Program-made: the position numbers and the translations under genes
Notes under the pieces: generated by a model
Database searches by the model: none
Told to the model about the DNA's origin: nothing
Seen by the model: the letters and a program-made list of their open reading frames with translations, nothing else
NCBI GenBank assembly: GCA_029565395.1
Contig: JAKQOG010000048.1
Location: 206 to 64,205 of the forward strand
Direction of reading: 5' to 3'
Source: Candidatus Hydrogenedentota bacterium
Lineage (GTDB): Bacteria > Hydrogenedentota > Hydrogenedentia > Hydrogenedentales > CAILVY01
Length of the DNA: 64,000 bases
Shown here: positions 46,159-56,541 of the stretch, piece after piece
How positions within the stretch are numbered: position 1 is the first letter of the stretch
Layout: each line of letters begins with the position of its first letter

Positions 46159-46521
46159 ATGTTTGAGCATTATCGGGAACCATTATTATCGATGGAAGCC
46201 TTCGTGGCGCGGCTTGCCCTGCACGGATTAATTTTCGTGGGAATGGTAGTGGGCGCCTTGGGCATTGGCCTGCTTGGCTATCATGGCCTGGAGGGCCTTT
46301 CCTGGGTGGACGCGCTGGTAAACGCCTCCATGTTACTGGGAGGCATGGGGCCTGTGAATGAGTTGCACACCGCCGCCGGAAAAGTGTTTGCATCGGGATA
46401 CGCCCTGTTTTCCGGGCTGTTTTTCGTGGTTGCGATGGGGGTGCTCCTCGCCCCTATGGCGCACCGGCTGTTGCATCGCTTCCACCTGCAACACGATTCA
46501 GAGGACGCGGACCAACCATAA
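46159..46521 (+). CDS. Small membrane protein (120 aa), hypothetical
   Basis: It has an AGGAAA RBS and 3-4 hydrophobic helices. The start is moved from the track's 46009 to the ATG at 46159. Confidence 0.45.
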   Translation: MFEHYREPLLSMEAFVARLALHGLIFVGMVVGALGIGLLGYHGLEGLSWVDALVNASMLLGGMGPVNELHTAAGKVFASGYALFSGLFFVVAMGVLLAPMAHRLLHRFHLQHDSEDADQP

Positions 46522-46553
46522 TTTGATACAATCCCCTCAGGGCTGAACAAGAT

Positions 46554-47555
46554 ATGTGGTTGACAACCTATTCACAACGGATGCAATGCGCGATGGCATG
46601 TTCCCTGGCATGTCACCTGCTGTTGTTTCTGGCGCCGTGGAGCGCCGCCCGGAGCGGCATTCATATCGGTCCGATGCCGCGCCCACCGGCAGTGGTGCTG
46701 AATTTTAAACATCCCGAACCCGCTCCGGCGCCCGTCCGGCAATTGGTGGATGTACATACACCGGCCAATGCCCCGGTGGCGCAAAATGATTTGATTGCGG
46801 TGGAAAATTCCAACGCCACCGATATTGCATTGCGCGATGGAACAAAGCCCGGCCCTCACTTGGATCAAATTGCCGGCCATGATTCACTGACACCCCCCGC
46901 GCCGGTGAAACCAGTGGAAGAAACCGTGGCGCCTCCGCCGCCCATGCCGGAAATTCCCTCTCCAACCGCGGCAACACCTCCGCCAGAATCCTCCCCTCCC
47001 CTCCTTGAGCAATCCGCCGCGCACGAACCTAAACCCAGGGAGAAAAAGGAAATTTTCCAGGTGGCGAAAGCGTATGTACCGCCGCCGTTTCAACAGACAC
47101 CGGAATCTCCGCCAGAAACCATGGAAATGCCTGTACCAAAACCTGAAGCTGCCCCCGCGCCGCCCGAGATCCCTGAAAACGTACAAAGCGTTTCCCGCGG
47201 CCGGCTCTATGACAAAGTAAACACGATAGGATTTCCGGGTTTCGAAGCCTCAAAAGACCAGGTGGCCCCCTATCTGCACGAAGTGCGGCGGCGCGTGGAA
47301 AAACGGTGGAACGCGGCCCTGCTGACCCGCTATTCAGGGGTTAGTCCCACGGAGGTGGTTATTGATTGCGCCATAGCATCCGATGGCAGGCTGGCACGCG
47401 TGGAAATCGTGGGCGAGCCGGAAGATCGGGTGTATGCCGCGTTGTGCAAGGAAGCCGTGGAGAAGGCCGGGCCCTTCAAGCCATTTCCATTTAAGGTGCC
47501 GGATATGTATCGTAACAAGAACCTGGAAATCCGCTGGACCTTCAGTTTTCTATAA
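46554..47555 (+). CDS. TonB-family energy transducer (N-terminal anchor, Pro-rich spacer, TonB C-terminal domain)
   Basis: A long PxP/PPPP spacer is followed by the C-terminal ...YLHEVRRRVEKRWN...VVIDCAIASDGRLARVEIVGEPEDRVYAALCKEAVEKAGPFKPFP. Confidence 0.6.
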   Translation: MWLTTYSQRMQCAMACSLACHLLLFLAPWSAARSGIHIGPMPRPPAVVLNFKHPEPAPAPVRQLVDVHTPANAPVAQNDLIAVENSNATDIALRDGTKPGPHLDQIAGHDSLTPPAPVKPVEETVAPPPPMPEIPSPTAATPPPESSPPLLEQSAAHEPKPREKKEIFQVAKAYVPPPFQQTPESPPETMEMPVPKPEAAPAPPEIPENVQSVSRGRLYDKVNTIGFPGFEASKDQVAPYLHEVRRRVEKRWNAALLTRYSGVSPTEVVIDCAIASDGRLARVEIVGEPEDRVYAALCKEAVEKAGPFKPFPFKVPDMYRNKNLEIRWTFSFL

Positions 47556-47564
47556 GGAGTAGCA

Positions 47565-48188
47565 ATGTTTCATACGTTCGCCATGTTGAAACAAGGGGGC
47601 TGGACCATGGCGCCGCTGGGGATGTGTTCCCTGCTGGCGCTCGCCATCATTCTGGAACGGCTTCTTGCCTTGCGCCGCCGCGCCGTGATCGATCCAAAAA
47701 TCATGAGTGCCGTCGAGCACTGTGCAGGCGAGTCTTCCGCCACAACGCTCTTAAGCGCCTGTCAGCGCGCACAAGGGGCGTTCGCGGAAGTGATTGCCGA
47801 AGTATTGCGCTCCCGCCAACTCGATTACGAACATTGGGTGGAGAATATGCGCGCCGCCGGGCGGGTCCAAATGGGCAAACTCGAGCGCGGCCTCACCACG
47901 CTCGAAATCATCGGCGGGATCAGCCCCCTCCTGGGGTTGCTGGGTACGGTGCTGGGCATGGTGGACATGTTCAACGCGGTCTCCATTGCAGGGTTGGGGA
48001 ATCCCCAGGTTCTCTCCGATGGAATTGCCAAGGCGCTGATCACGACAGTGTGCGGATTGGTGATTGCCATTCCCGCCGTAGCCTTCCACGGCATATTCAC
48101 CCGCCGGGTCGAAGAACTCGCCACGGAGATCCAGGATCAGGCCATGAACCTCATCTTGCGCCTCCGTGCGGAACGCGATTCTGAATAA
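47565..48188 (+). CDS. exbB: MotA/TolQ/ExbB proton-channel family protein
   Basis: The RBS is AAGGAG. LEIIGGISPLLGLLGTVLGMVDMF...GIAKALITTVCGLVIAIPA matches the ExbB/TolQ TM2-TM3 signature. Confidence 0.75.
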   Translation: MFHTFAMLKQGGWTMAPLGMCSLLALAIILERLLALRRRAVIDPKIMSAVEHCAGESSATTLLSACQRAQGAFAEVIAEVLRSRQLDYEHWVENMRAAGRVQMGKLERGLTTLEIIGGISPLLGLLGTVLGMVDMFNAVSIAGLGNPQVLSDGIAKALITTVCGLVIAIPAVAFHGIFTRRVEELATEIQDQAMNLILRLRAERDSE

Positions 48189-48514
48189 GCTTTTACTGGC
48201 TCGGACCATAAAAATAAACACGTATATTCCAATACTTTTTTGCGGGAAGGCAAAAGATGACACCAGGGCATCAAGATAAGGCGGTGGTTTGTTCTATACA
48301 AGGAATGAATGATAAACTGGACGGAATATGAAACGGCGCCATGCCGGGTCAAGTCTAAGAATGGCGAGGTATGTAACGGTATTTCGCGCGGGATGTACTA
48401 CAACGAGAGGCCTGGTGACTTTTGAGTGTCTTGGAAAGTGCGTTAACACATTTAAGGGCAATGGCTTACATGAAATTTTCTCTGCGGAAGGTGTACAGAT
48501 CTCAACGGAATTAA

Positions 48515-51500
48515 ATGAATAATACTGCCACTCAAAAAAAATATCGTGTTGCGGTCCGCCGTCCGGTGGCCGTAACCATGTTTTTTATAACGTTGATCGT
48601 TTTCGGCTGGAAATCCTACCAGCAGTTGCCGGTCAACCTGATGCCGAACATCTCCTACCCCACCTTGACGGTTCGCACAGAGTATGAAGGGGCGGCTCCT
48701 GAAGACGTCGAAAAACTGGTAACGCGCCCCCTGGAAGAGGCCTTGAGCATTGTGGGGGGATTAGTGGAGATCAGCAGCGTTTCCACACCGAGCATATCGG
48801 AAATCTCGCTCGAATTTACCTGGGGAACCGATATGAATTTGGCCTTGCAGGAAGTCCGGGATCGCCTGGACTTGTTTGACCCCCCGAAAGAAGTGACGGA
48901 AAAGCCGATTATCCTTCGATACGACCCCTCGCTGGATCCGGTAATGCGCATTGCCATTACGGGGTCAAATTTTGATGATGTGGCGGATCCTGTCAAGCGC
49001 ACGGAATTGGAAACCAAAGAACTTACCGCCATCCGCGAAGCGGCCGAACGGCATGTAAAGGGAGACCTGGAAGCGCAAAGCGGCATTGCCCAAGTATTGG
49101 TTAAAGGCGGCCGGCAACAGGAAATCCAGGTGAGCGTGGATGCGGAACGCCTCAAGGATATCGGCATTTCGCTGAATGACGTGGCGAACGGGCTGGCCCA
49201 GCAAAATATCAATCTTTCCGGCGGCCGTTTGCGCGAGGGCAAGACTGAATACCTGGTCCGGACGCTGAATGAATATCGTGATCCTGCTGAAATTGCGAAT
49301 ACCATAGTCACTTCCGCCAAGGGGCAGAAAGTAATGTTGTCGGATGTGGCTGAAGTCAAGGTAGGAGAAAAGCAGCGGGAAACCATCGTACACATCAATG
49401 GCAAGGAAGCGGTGGCGCTGGACATATTCAAGGAAGGCGACGCCAACACGGTGGTGGTGTGCAATAAGCTCATGGATGTGTTCGGCTTTCCCCGGGAAAA
49501 AACCCTTGGCGAAAAATTCTCCGATTTATTTGCGGAGGCTCAAACCACACGCGTGGGACATGACGCCGTGGTGCAGGGCGGGTCTCTTGATCAGCTTGTT
49601 AAAATGGTCCTTTCCCGCCTGCCCAAAAACGCGGAATTTTCATTGATCAGCGACCAGTCGCGGTTTATCAAGGGCGCCATCAAGGAAGCCCAAAGCGCGG
49701 CGATATTGGGCGGCGTTCTGGCGCTTCTGGTGATCTTCCTGTTTCTGCATAAAATTAACACCACCATTATCATCGGATTGGCCATTCCCATTTCACTGAT
49801 CGCCACGTTCTGTCCCATGTACATGTGGGGTATAACCCTGAATGTAATGTCATTGGGCGGGCTGGCGCTGGCCGTCGGCCATCTGGTGGATGACTCCATC
49901 ATTGTATTGGAGAGCATTTACCGATGCACGGAAGAAGGCGATACGGGACTCGACGCCATTGAACGTGGGGTGAAAGAGATCTTATCGGCGGATGTTTCCA
50001 CCACCATCACCAACATCGTGGTATTCCTTCCGATAGCCTTTGTGCAAGGGGTGGCCGGGCAAATCTTCGGTAATTTCGCTTTTACCATGACCTTCTCGCT
50101 GATAGCCTCTCTGGTGACAGCGCTCTACTTGGATCCCATGCTGGCTTCCCTGGGCCGTTTCAAGGCAATGGGGAATCTGGATCGTATCTGGTTCATACGG
50201 GCCTATCAGACGGCGTTGGACGAGGGAGCGGGCGGGCGGTTGTCCGCCATGGCCAAGATGATTCCCATCAGCCTGCGTTTTGTGGGAATAGGAATCAAGG
50301 ACTCCGCACAGCAGGCCTTTGGGCCTTCAGTGAACTCCCTTCGAGAACTGGGACAAGGGGTAAGCCTGCGCCGCCTGTGCGTGGGTGTATTGGCGCTGTG
50401 CGCCATTCCCTTCGTGGCTGTGCTCTTTGTCTTGCAACTGCTCATCACCCTGCTTTCCACGCTTTTCCTGATGGCGCTTTTTATTATCGCCATCACGATG
50501 CTGGGAACGTTTTTACTTTCAGGCGGCGTTCTTAAGGTGGTGCTCTGGGCGCCGCTGTCCATCTTCAACATTGTGTTCGCGAGCGTTAAATACGCCTATT
50601 CGAAACTGTTGCGCGTGGCCCTCCAGTTTGGGCCGGTAGTACTGTTGGTTATGGCCGGTTTGGCGGGACATTCCTGGTACCTGACAAACTATCTGGGCCG
50701 CGAACTGATTCCACCGCTGAAACAGGGAGAATTCAGCATCCGCATGCAGGCGCCGCCGGGCACACGGCTGGAGGAAACGGAGAAGCTGGCGGACAAGATA
50801 GAAGAAGTGTTGCTAAATAACCCGAAAGTGGCTTCCGTGGGGGTGGAAATTGGCATAGAGAAGAGCAGCACGAAGGTGGAACGGGGCGAGAACATCGCCC
50901 AATTCAATATATTGCTTCGGGATCCGGAAGAAAATGCACAACATCAGGACGATATTGTTGCTGAGTTGCGGACACAGATCATGACGGTCTCTTCGGAACA
51001 AATCACGTTTGTTTTCCCCACGCTATTTAGTTTTAAGACGGCCGTTGAACTGGAAATCCGGGGCGATGATCTGGAAGAACTCAAGCGGGTGGGCGCGCGC
51101 GCCCTGGAAGCGGTGCGCGACATCCCCGGCTTGAAGGATGCAGAACTCAGCGTAAAACGGGGGTATCCAGAAGTAATCATCGAACTGGATCGCGACCTTC
51201 TGGCCTCAAAGAATCTTTCACCGATTCAGGTGGCGCAAAAACTGCGCACGGAAATTCAGGGAGACGTAGCCACGCGGTTCAGCCAGGGCGGCGAGCGTAT
51301 CGACATCCGTGTCCGTTCTGATCAGACGCGATTACAGACTATCCAGGATCTGCGTTCTCTGTCGATCGTGGATGGCAATCCGCCCATACCGCTATCTTCC
51401 GTGGCCAACATCAGCATTCAAGACGGTCCGAGTGAAATCCGGCGCATAGACCAGCGCCAGGTTGTGCTGATTCAGGGCAACGTGGAAGGGTTCGACTTGG

Positions 51501-52099
51501 GCAGCGTTTCGCGGGAAATCGAAAAGCGGATGCAGCACGTGGAAAAACCCGACGATTTCAGCTTTGTGCTGGGCGGCCAAAACCGTGAACTTCAAACGTC
51601 ATACGGCAGTCTGATGTTTGCGTTGATGCTGTCGATTTTCCTGGTGTATGTGGTGATGGCGTGCCAGTTTGAATCCTTGATACAACCGGCGCTGATCATG
51701 TTTACCATTCCCCTTGGCTTTATTGGTGTTATTGACGCGCTTTATCTATTAGATATGCCGCTGAGCATCGCGGTCTTCATGGGCGGCATCCTGCTCGTGG
51801 GAATTGTGGTGAATAACAGCATGCTGCTGGTGGATTATGCCAACCAGCTCCGTAAGCGCGGGCGTACCCGCCGCGAAGCCATTTATGAGTCGGGATTGGT
51901 CCGGTTTCGCCCGGTGTTAATGACCGCCATCACCACGATTATCGGCGCGGTGCCCATGGCGCTGAGCGGCGGGGATGGCTCCGAATTGCGCAAGCCGTTG
52001 GCGGTTACCGTGATTGCCGGGCTTACAGTGGCCACGATGTTAACCCTCGTGATTATCCCCGTGGTATATGACCTATTCGGTGGACGGGACAAACGGTGA
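48515..52099 (+). CDS. RND efflux transporter permease (1194 aa, with an extra ~150-aa insert)
   Basis: The AcrB-like N-terminus is VRRPVAVTMFFITLIVFG, and there are 12 TM helices in two halves. It overlaps the next RND gene by GTGA. The insert spans roughly aa 560-720. Confidence 0.8.
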   Translation: MNNTATQKKYRVAVRRPVAVTMFFITLIVFGWKSYQQLPVNLMPNISYPTLTVRTEYEGAAPEDVEKLVTRPLEEALSIVGGLVEISSVSTPSISEISLEFTWGTDMNLALQEVRDRLDLFDPPKEVTEKPIILRYDPSLDPVMRIAITGSNFDDVADPVKRTELETKELTAIREAAERHVKGDLEAQSGIAQVLVKGGRQQEIQVSVDAERLKDIGISLNDVANGLAQQNINLSGGRLREGKTEYLVRTLNEYRDPAEIANTIVTSAKGQKVMLSDVAEVKVGEKQRETIVHINGKEAVALDIFKEGDANTVVVCNKLMDVFGFPREKTLGEKFSDLFAEAQTTRVGHDAVVQGGSLDQLVKMVLSRLPKNAEFSLISDQSRFIKGAIKEAQSAAILGGVLALLVIFLFLHKINTTIIIGLAIPISLIATFCPMYMWGITLNVMSLGGLALAVGHLVDDSIIVLESIYRCTEEGDTGLDAIERGVKEILSADVSTTITNIVVFLPIAFVQGVAGQIFGNFAFTMTFSLIASLVTALYLDPMLASLGRFKAMGNLDRIWFIRAYQTALDEGAGGRLSAMAKMIPISLRFVGIGIKDSAQQAFGPSVNSLRELGQGVSLRRLCVGVLALCAIPFVAVLFVLQLLITLLSTLFLMALFIIAITMLGTFLLSGGVLKVVLWAPLSIFNIVFASVKYAYSKLLRVALQFGPVVLLVMAGLAGHSWYLTNYLGRELIPPLKQGEFSIRMQAPPGTRLEETEKLADKIEEVLLNNPKVASVGVEIGIEKSSTKVERGENIAQFNILLRDPEENAQHQDDIVAELRTQIMTVSSEQITFVFPTLFSFKTAVELEIRGDDLEELKRVGARALEAVRDIPGLKDAELSVKRGYPEVIIELDRDLLASKNLSPIQVAQKLRTEIQGDVATRFSQGGERIDIRVRSDQTRLQTIQDLRSLSIVDGNPPIPLSSVANISIQDGPSEIRRIDQRQVVLIQGNVEGFDLGSVSREIEKRMQHVEKPDDFSFVLGGQNRELQTSYGSLMFALMLSIFLVYVVMACQFESLIQPALIMFTIPLGFIGVIDALYLLDMPLSIAVFMGGILLVGIVVNNSMLLVDYANQLRKRGRTRREAIYESGLVRFRPVLMTAITTIIGAVPMALSGGDGSELRKPLAVTVIAGLTVATMLTLVIIPVVYDLFGGRDKR

Positions 52100-55000
52100 A
52101 ATTCTCATTGCCATCGTTTTCGCTGAGGCACCCCGTCACGGTGCTGATGGTGTTGGTGTCCATCGTCGGGGTGGGGCTTATTGCGTGTTTCCGGATGCCG
52201 GTGAAATTTCTTCCTGAAATGGATTTTCCATTTATCCGGTGCTTTATCCCCTATCCGGGGGCCACGCCTGAACAGGTGGAAAATGAAGTCGCCATCCCCG
52301 CCGAGGGAGAGTTCAGAACGATACCGGGAGTCCGCCGAATCAACACCATCTCCAACAGCGACGGATGCAGCGTTAATCTCCGTTTTGAAGACAGTGTCAA
52401 TATGTCCACCGCATCCGCGGAAGTTCGCGACCGGATGGAGCGCCTCAAACTGAGACTCCCCAAGGAAGTGGACAAACTGTTTCTTGCCCGGCACAGCATC
52501 AACTCGTTGCCCATCATGGCCGTAGGGCTTTTCCGCGGGGGCGACGAGGCGGAATTTATCCACTTGGTGCGGACGGTAGTGGAACCGCGATTAAAACGCC
52601 TGGATGGCGTGGCGGAAGTAAGGGTATTCGCCAGCCGGCCAGAACCCGAAGTGTTGATTGAATTTGATCAAAACCTGCTGCGCACGCACAACATCGCCCT
52701 ATATCAGGTTATCACCTCCCTGCAGACCGCCAATCTGAATTTGGCCGTCGGAGACCTCTCTGAAGGTGAAACCAAGTATTTCGTCCGGGTGGCGGGAGAA
52801 ATGAAGCGTCCGGAAGACCTTGCCAACATCATTGTTTCCCCCGCGGGCCTGCGCCTGAAAGACATCGCGAAAGTAGGTTTCCGTACCCGGGAAATGGAAG
52901 GCCATTATGACATAGACAGCAAAGGCGGCGGGTTCGTGCTGATCATGAAAGAGTCTGAGGCGAACACGGTGCAAACCTGCCATGGGGTGCGTGACGAACT
53001 GGAAAACATCAAGAAGGAATCCGTGTTCGCCGGAACCGAGAGTCTCGTATTCTTTGATCAGGCGGACTTGATTGAATACGCGTTGAACGGGCTGAAAGAA
53101 GCGGGTTTGGGCGGCGCCTTTATGGCGATTATCGTGTTGTATGCATTTCTGTTGCGGCTGCGTCCAACCTTGGTGGTGACCTTGGCGATTCCCACTTCGC
53201 TCATCTCGTCGGTGGCGTTCATGTTTTTTGCGGGCATGACGCTCAATGTAATTACGATGGTTTCTCTGATCGTGGCGGTGGGCATGCTGGTGGACGATGC
53301 CATTGTGGTGATCGAAAATATTTACCGCCACCACCAGAACGGCGAAGACCTGGTGGTGAGTTCGGAAAAGGGCGCGTCGGAAGTGGTGATTGCGGTAACC
53401 GCTTCCACACTCACCATCATGGTGGTGTTCATTCCCGTGCTTTATATGCAGAGCGGGGAAATGGCGGTGCACATGAAACAATTCGCGGTGCCCATGTGCG
53501 CGGCGCTTTTCGCCAGTCTTTTCGTGGCGTTCACGCTTATCCCACTGGCCACAAGCCGCATGAAGGACACCTCGCTGCTCGATGTGTTGCGCCGGTGGCG
53601 GCAGCGAAATAAGTCTGCGGAACGCCAGGGATGGTTCGCGCGTGCGTTTAACGTGCATCCCTTCACGTGGGTGATCCGGGCATATGCCATAAGCCTGGAT
53701 TGGGCGCTGAAACGGCGGACGCTGGTCGTTATGGGGCTCATTTTGTTATTGGTTGGCACGGTGGCGCTGCCCTACCAGAAAGTAGGAATGCAAAGCATGC
53801 CCACGCTTGATATGCGCCAGATCGACATCGACGTGGAACTCGAGCAAAACTTTGACTTGGCCATGACTACGAACACGTTTGACATGTTGAAAAAAACGGT
53901 CGACGAATTGCGGGATCAATTGGGCATTAAGAATGTGTTCACCCACTACTCCACCAGTATGGGCACAATCACTATCTATCTGAAAAAAGATGAAGATTAC
54001 CCAGCCGGGGAATTCCCTCCCTACAAGACCAAAGAGGCATTGGCTTTTTTGCAAGAACGCATCCCAAAACGGATGCCCGGCCGCCAGATAAAAATCTCGA
54101 TGCCGGAAACCGGCCGGGAAGAAGGACAGAAAGCCAGCATGGTCTCCGTGCGGCTCCGAGGCGATGACTCGCGGATGCTGGAGAATCTGGCAAATAGTTT
54201 TTCAAAGGTAATGGCGGGTGTGCCCAATATCAGCGATGTAAAAGTGAACCGCGACCAGTTGAAGCAGGAAGTCCAACTGGCGATTGACACACCCCTTGCG
54301 AGTAATGCCGGAATCAGCCCCATGATTGTGGCGCGCACAGTGGATGTGGCGTTGCGCGGCAACCGCATGCCCCCCTTGAAACAGCGGGGCCGTGAGTTTC
54401 CGGTATGGGCGCAGTTTCAAGAAGAAGATCGTAAAAGCCGGTCGAATCTAGACAATGTATCGGTGTTTAGCGGTCTGGGGGGATTGGTGCCCCTGAATCA
54501 ATTGGTGACCTATGACAAGGCCTTCAGCCCTACCTCCATCGAACGTGTTGATGGACGGAACGTCATCACGGTCTCAGGGCGCGTTTCCACAAACATATTA
54601 TCCATAGTGTTGAAAGACCTGGAGGGCGTGGTCAACTCCTTCGAGTTGCCCACGGGGTACACCATCGATCTGGGCTATGAATTCGACGAACTGCGGCACA
54701 ATATGGCAAACTTTTTCGCCACGCTCATGTTCGCGGTCGTCCTGGTGTACATTGTAATGGCGGCGCTGTTTGAAAGCCTGGTGCTGCCGCTTTCAATCCT
54801 GGTTTCCATACCCTTGGCCTTTGTTGGGGTGTATTGGGGGATGTTTTTCATGCGAACGCCCTTGGATACCATTGGCCTTATCGGATGCATCCTGATGGTG
54901 GGAGTGGTGGTGCGCAATGGAATTGTAATCGTGGATCACATCAATTTTCTCCGGCTGGAAGGCATGCCGCGCCATGACGCGGTGGTTCAAGCTGGCCATG

Positions 55001-55299
55001 ACCGCTTCCGGCCGGTGGTGATGACGGCGCTTACCACCATCCTGGGCGTAGTTCCGCTTGCATTCGAAGCCAGGGCCGGCAGCACGGTGTCATTCGTGAG
55101 CTTAGGCCGTTCGTTCATCAGCGGCTTGACCACAGGCACTATTTTAACCCTGGCGATTGTTCCGCTTTTTTATACACTCATTGAAGACATGAAGGATTAT
55201 TTCTTTACCGCTCTAATCCGTTTTCTGCAAATAATCCGGAGCGGAAAGCAGTCCGCCGATACCTCTCCCACCGAAATCTCTCCCGCCGAAACCCCGTAA
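52096..55299 (+). CDS. RND efflux transporter permease, second tandem copy (1067 aa)
   Basis: A GTG start overlaps the upstream stop. It has RND TM motifs including AVGMLVDDAIVVIENI, and it is a paralog of the upstream gene. Confidence 0.8.
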   Translation: MKFSLPSFSLRHPVTVLMVLVSIVGVGLIACFRMPVKFLPEMDFPFIRCFIPYPGATPEQVENEVAIPAEGEFRTIPGVRRINTISNSDGCSVNLRFEDSVNMSTASAEVRDRMERLKLRLPKEVDKLFLARHSINSLPIMAVGLFRGGDEAEFIHLVRTVVEPRLKRLDGVAEVRVFASRPEPEVLIEFDQNLLRTHNIALYQVITSLQTANLNLAVGDLSEGETKYFVRVAGEMKRPEDLANIIVSPAGLRLKDIAKVGFRTREMEGHYDIDSKGGGFVLIMKESEANTVQTCHGVRDELENIKKESVFAGTESLVFFDQADLIEYALNGLKEAGLGGAFMAIIVLYAFLLRLRPTLVVTLAIPTSLISSVAFMFFAGMTLNVITMVSLIVAVGMLVDDAIVVIENIYRHHQNGEDLVVSSEKGASEVVIAVTASTLTIMVVFIPVLYMQSGEMAVHMKQFAVPMCAALFASLFVAFTLIPLATSRMKDTSLLDVLRRWRQRNKSAERQGWFARAFNVHPFTWVIRAYAISLDWALKRRTLVVMGLILLLVGTVALPYQKVGMQSMPTLDMRQIDIDVELEQNFDLAMTTNTFDMLKKTVDELRDQLGIKNVFTHYSTSMGTITIYLKKDEDYPAGEFPPYKTKEALAFLQERIPKRMPGRQIKISMPETGREEGQKASMVSVRLRGDDSRMLENLANSFSKVMAGVPNISDVKVNRDQLKQEVQLAIDTPLASNAGISPMIVARTVDVALRGNRMPPLKQRGREFPVWAQFQEEDRKSRSNLDNVSVFSGLGGLVPLNQLVTYDKAFSPTSIERVDGRNVITVSGRVSTNILSIVLKDLEGVVNSFELPTGYTIDLGYEFDELRHNMANFFATLMFAVVLVYIVMAALFESLVLPLSILVSIPLAFVGVYWGMFFMRTPLDTIGLIGCILMVGVVVRNGIVIVDHINFLRLEGMPRHDAVVQAGHDRFRPVVMTALTTILGVVPLAFEARAGSTVSFVSLGRSFISGLTTGTILTLAIVPLFYTLIEDMKDYFFTALIRFLQIIRSGKQSADTSPTEISPAETP

Positions 55300-55359
55300 A
55301 AAAGAAATTGCCCCGTTATCCTGTGGAGAACGAGGCAATAATGGATTTGATTCTTTAGG

Positions 55360-56520
55360 TTAGCAGAGTTCGAAGACGCCTGCGGCGCCCATGCCGGTGC
55401 CGATGCACATGGTTTCGAGGCCATATTTCACGCCACGGCGGCGCATCTCGTGGATCAACGTGGCGGCGAGCTTGGTGCCGGTGCATCCGAGCGGGTGGCC
55501 CAGCGCAATGGCGCCGCCATTCACATTGACGATACCGAGGTCGAGATTATAGTGCTTGACAACGTAGAGCGTCTGCGAAGCAAAGGCTTCGTTGCACTCG
55601 ACCAAGCCGATATCCTTGATGGTGATGCCCGCCTGCTTAAGGGCGTCATCAATCGCGGGGATTTGGGCCGGGCCGAGGTACTTGGGAGAACCCGCGCCTA
55701 CAGCATAACCGCGCAACTTGGCCATGGGCTTCAGGTTGAACTCTTTCAGGACATCCGGGCCGCAGATCACACTGGCCGCCGCGCCGCAACTGGTCTGGCT
55801 GGAGTTGCCCGCGGTGGCAACGCCAAGATCCGGCCTGGCCGCAAACGCCGGTTTCAGTTTGGCAAGCCCTTCCAGGGTCGTTTCCGCACGTGGACCCTCG
55901 TCCGTATCGAAGATATACATGCCCTTGGGGCCTTTTACTTCGAGCGGCACGATTTCTTCCTTAAACTTGCCTTCCTTAATCGCGGCGACGGCGCGCATGT
56001 TGCTCTGATAACCCAATTGATCGCATTCGGCGCGGGTGATGCTGAAGTCCTTGGCCACGTTATCGGCGCATTGGCCCATACTCGTGTAGGCTTCAGGATT
56101 GTTTTTCACCAGCCAGGGATTGGGCAACAGCTTGTTGCCGCCCATGGGGATCAGGCTCATGGACTCGATCCCGCCGGCCACCGCGCAATTCAGCATACCG
56201 GTTTCTATCTTGGCGCCGATGATCGCCATGGATTCCAGACCCGAAGAGCAGAACCGGTTGACGGTCACGCCGCTCACCGTATCCGGCAGACCCGCCGCCA
56301 GCGCCACAATGCGCCCGACGTTCATGCCCGATTCCGCTTCGGGAAATGCGCAACCCAGCAATACATCCTGGATGCGTTCGGGCGGAAGGCCGGAACGTTT
56401 CACGGCTTCTTTCACCACCACGGCGCCCATGTAGTCCGGGCGCGCATGGGCAATGAGGCTGCCCGCGCGCGACTTGCCAACCGCGGTCCGCACCGCTGAC
56501 ACTACATAAACCTTATCCAT
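55360..56520 (-). CDS. fadA: Acetyl-CoA C-acyltransferase (thiolase)
   Basis: MDKVYVVSAVRTAVGK, the active-site NRFCSSGLE (Cys), NVNGGAIALGHPLG and CIGTGMGAA are all seen. Confidence 0.85.
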   Translation of the reverse strand: MDKVYVVSAVRTAVGKSRAGSLIAHARPDYMGAVVVKEAVKRSGLPPERIQDVLLGCAFPEAESGMNVGRIVALAAGLPDTVSGVTVNRFCSSGLESMAIIGAKIETGMLNCAVAGGIESMSLIPMGGNKLLPNPWLVKNNPEAYTSMGQCADNVAKDFSITRAECDQLGYQSNMRAVAAIKEGKFKEEIVPLEVKGPKGMYIFDTDEGPRAETTLEGLAKLKPAFAARPDLGVATAGNSSQTSCGAAASVICGPDVLKEFNLKPMAKLRGYAVGAGSPKYLGPAQIPAIDDALKQAGITIKDIGLVECNEAFASQTLYVVKHYNLDLGIVNVNGGAIALGHPLGCTGTKLAATLIHEMRRRGVKYGLETMCIGTGMGAAGVFELC

Positions 56521-56541
56521 AGGTCTTTTCTCCTTACCTGC

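Noticed and set aside
43736-46393. 333-aa and 461-aa minus ORFs
   Set aside because: They are antisense to the 1019-aa CBM9-like gene. Their Gly/Arg/Ala-rich composition is typical of GC-rich shadow ORFs.
48189-48514. Missing exbD or membrane-fusion gene hidden in the 326-bp gap before the RND genes
   Set aside because: No ORF with a TM anchor and periplasmic domain is present in any frame. Only short composition-biased ORFs occur.
52699-53658. 319-aa minus ORF inside the second RND gene
   Set aside because: It is a His/Arg-rich antisense artefact, and RND motifs are on the plus strand.
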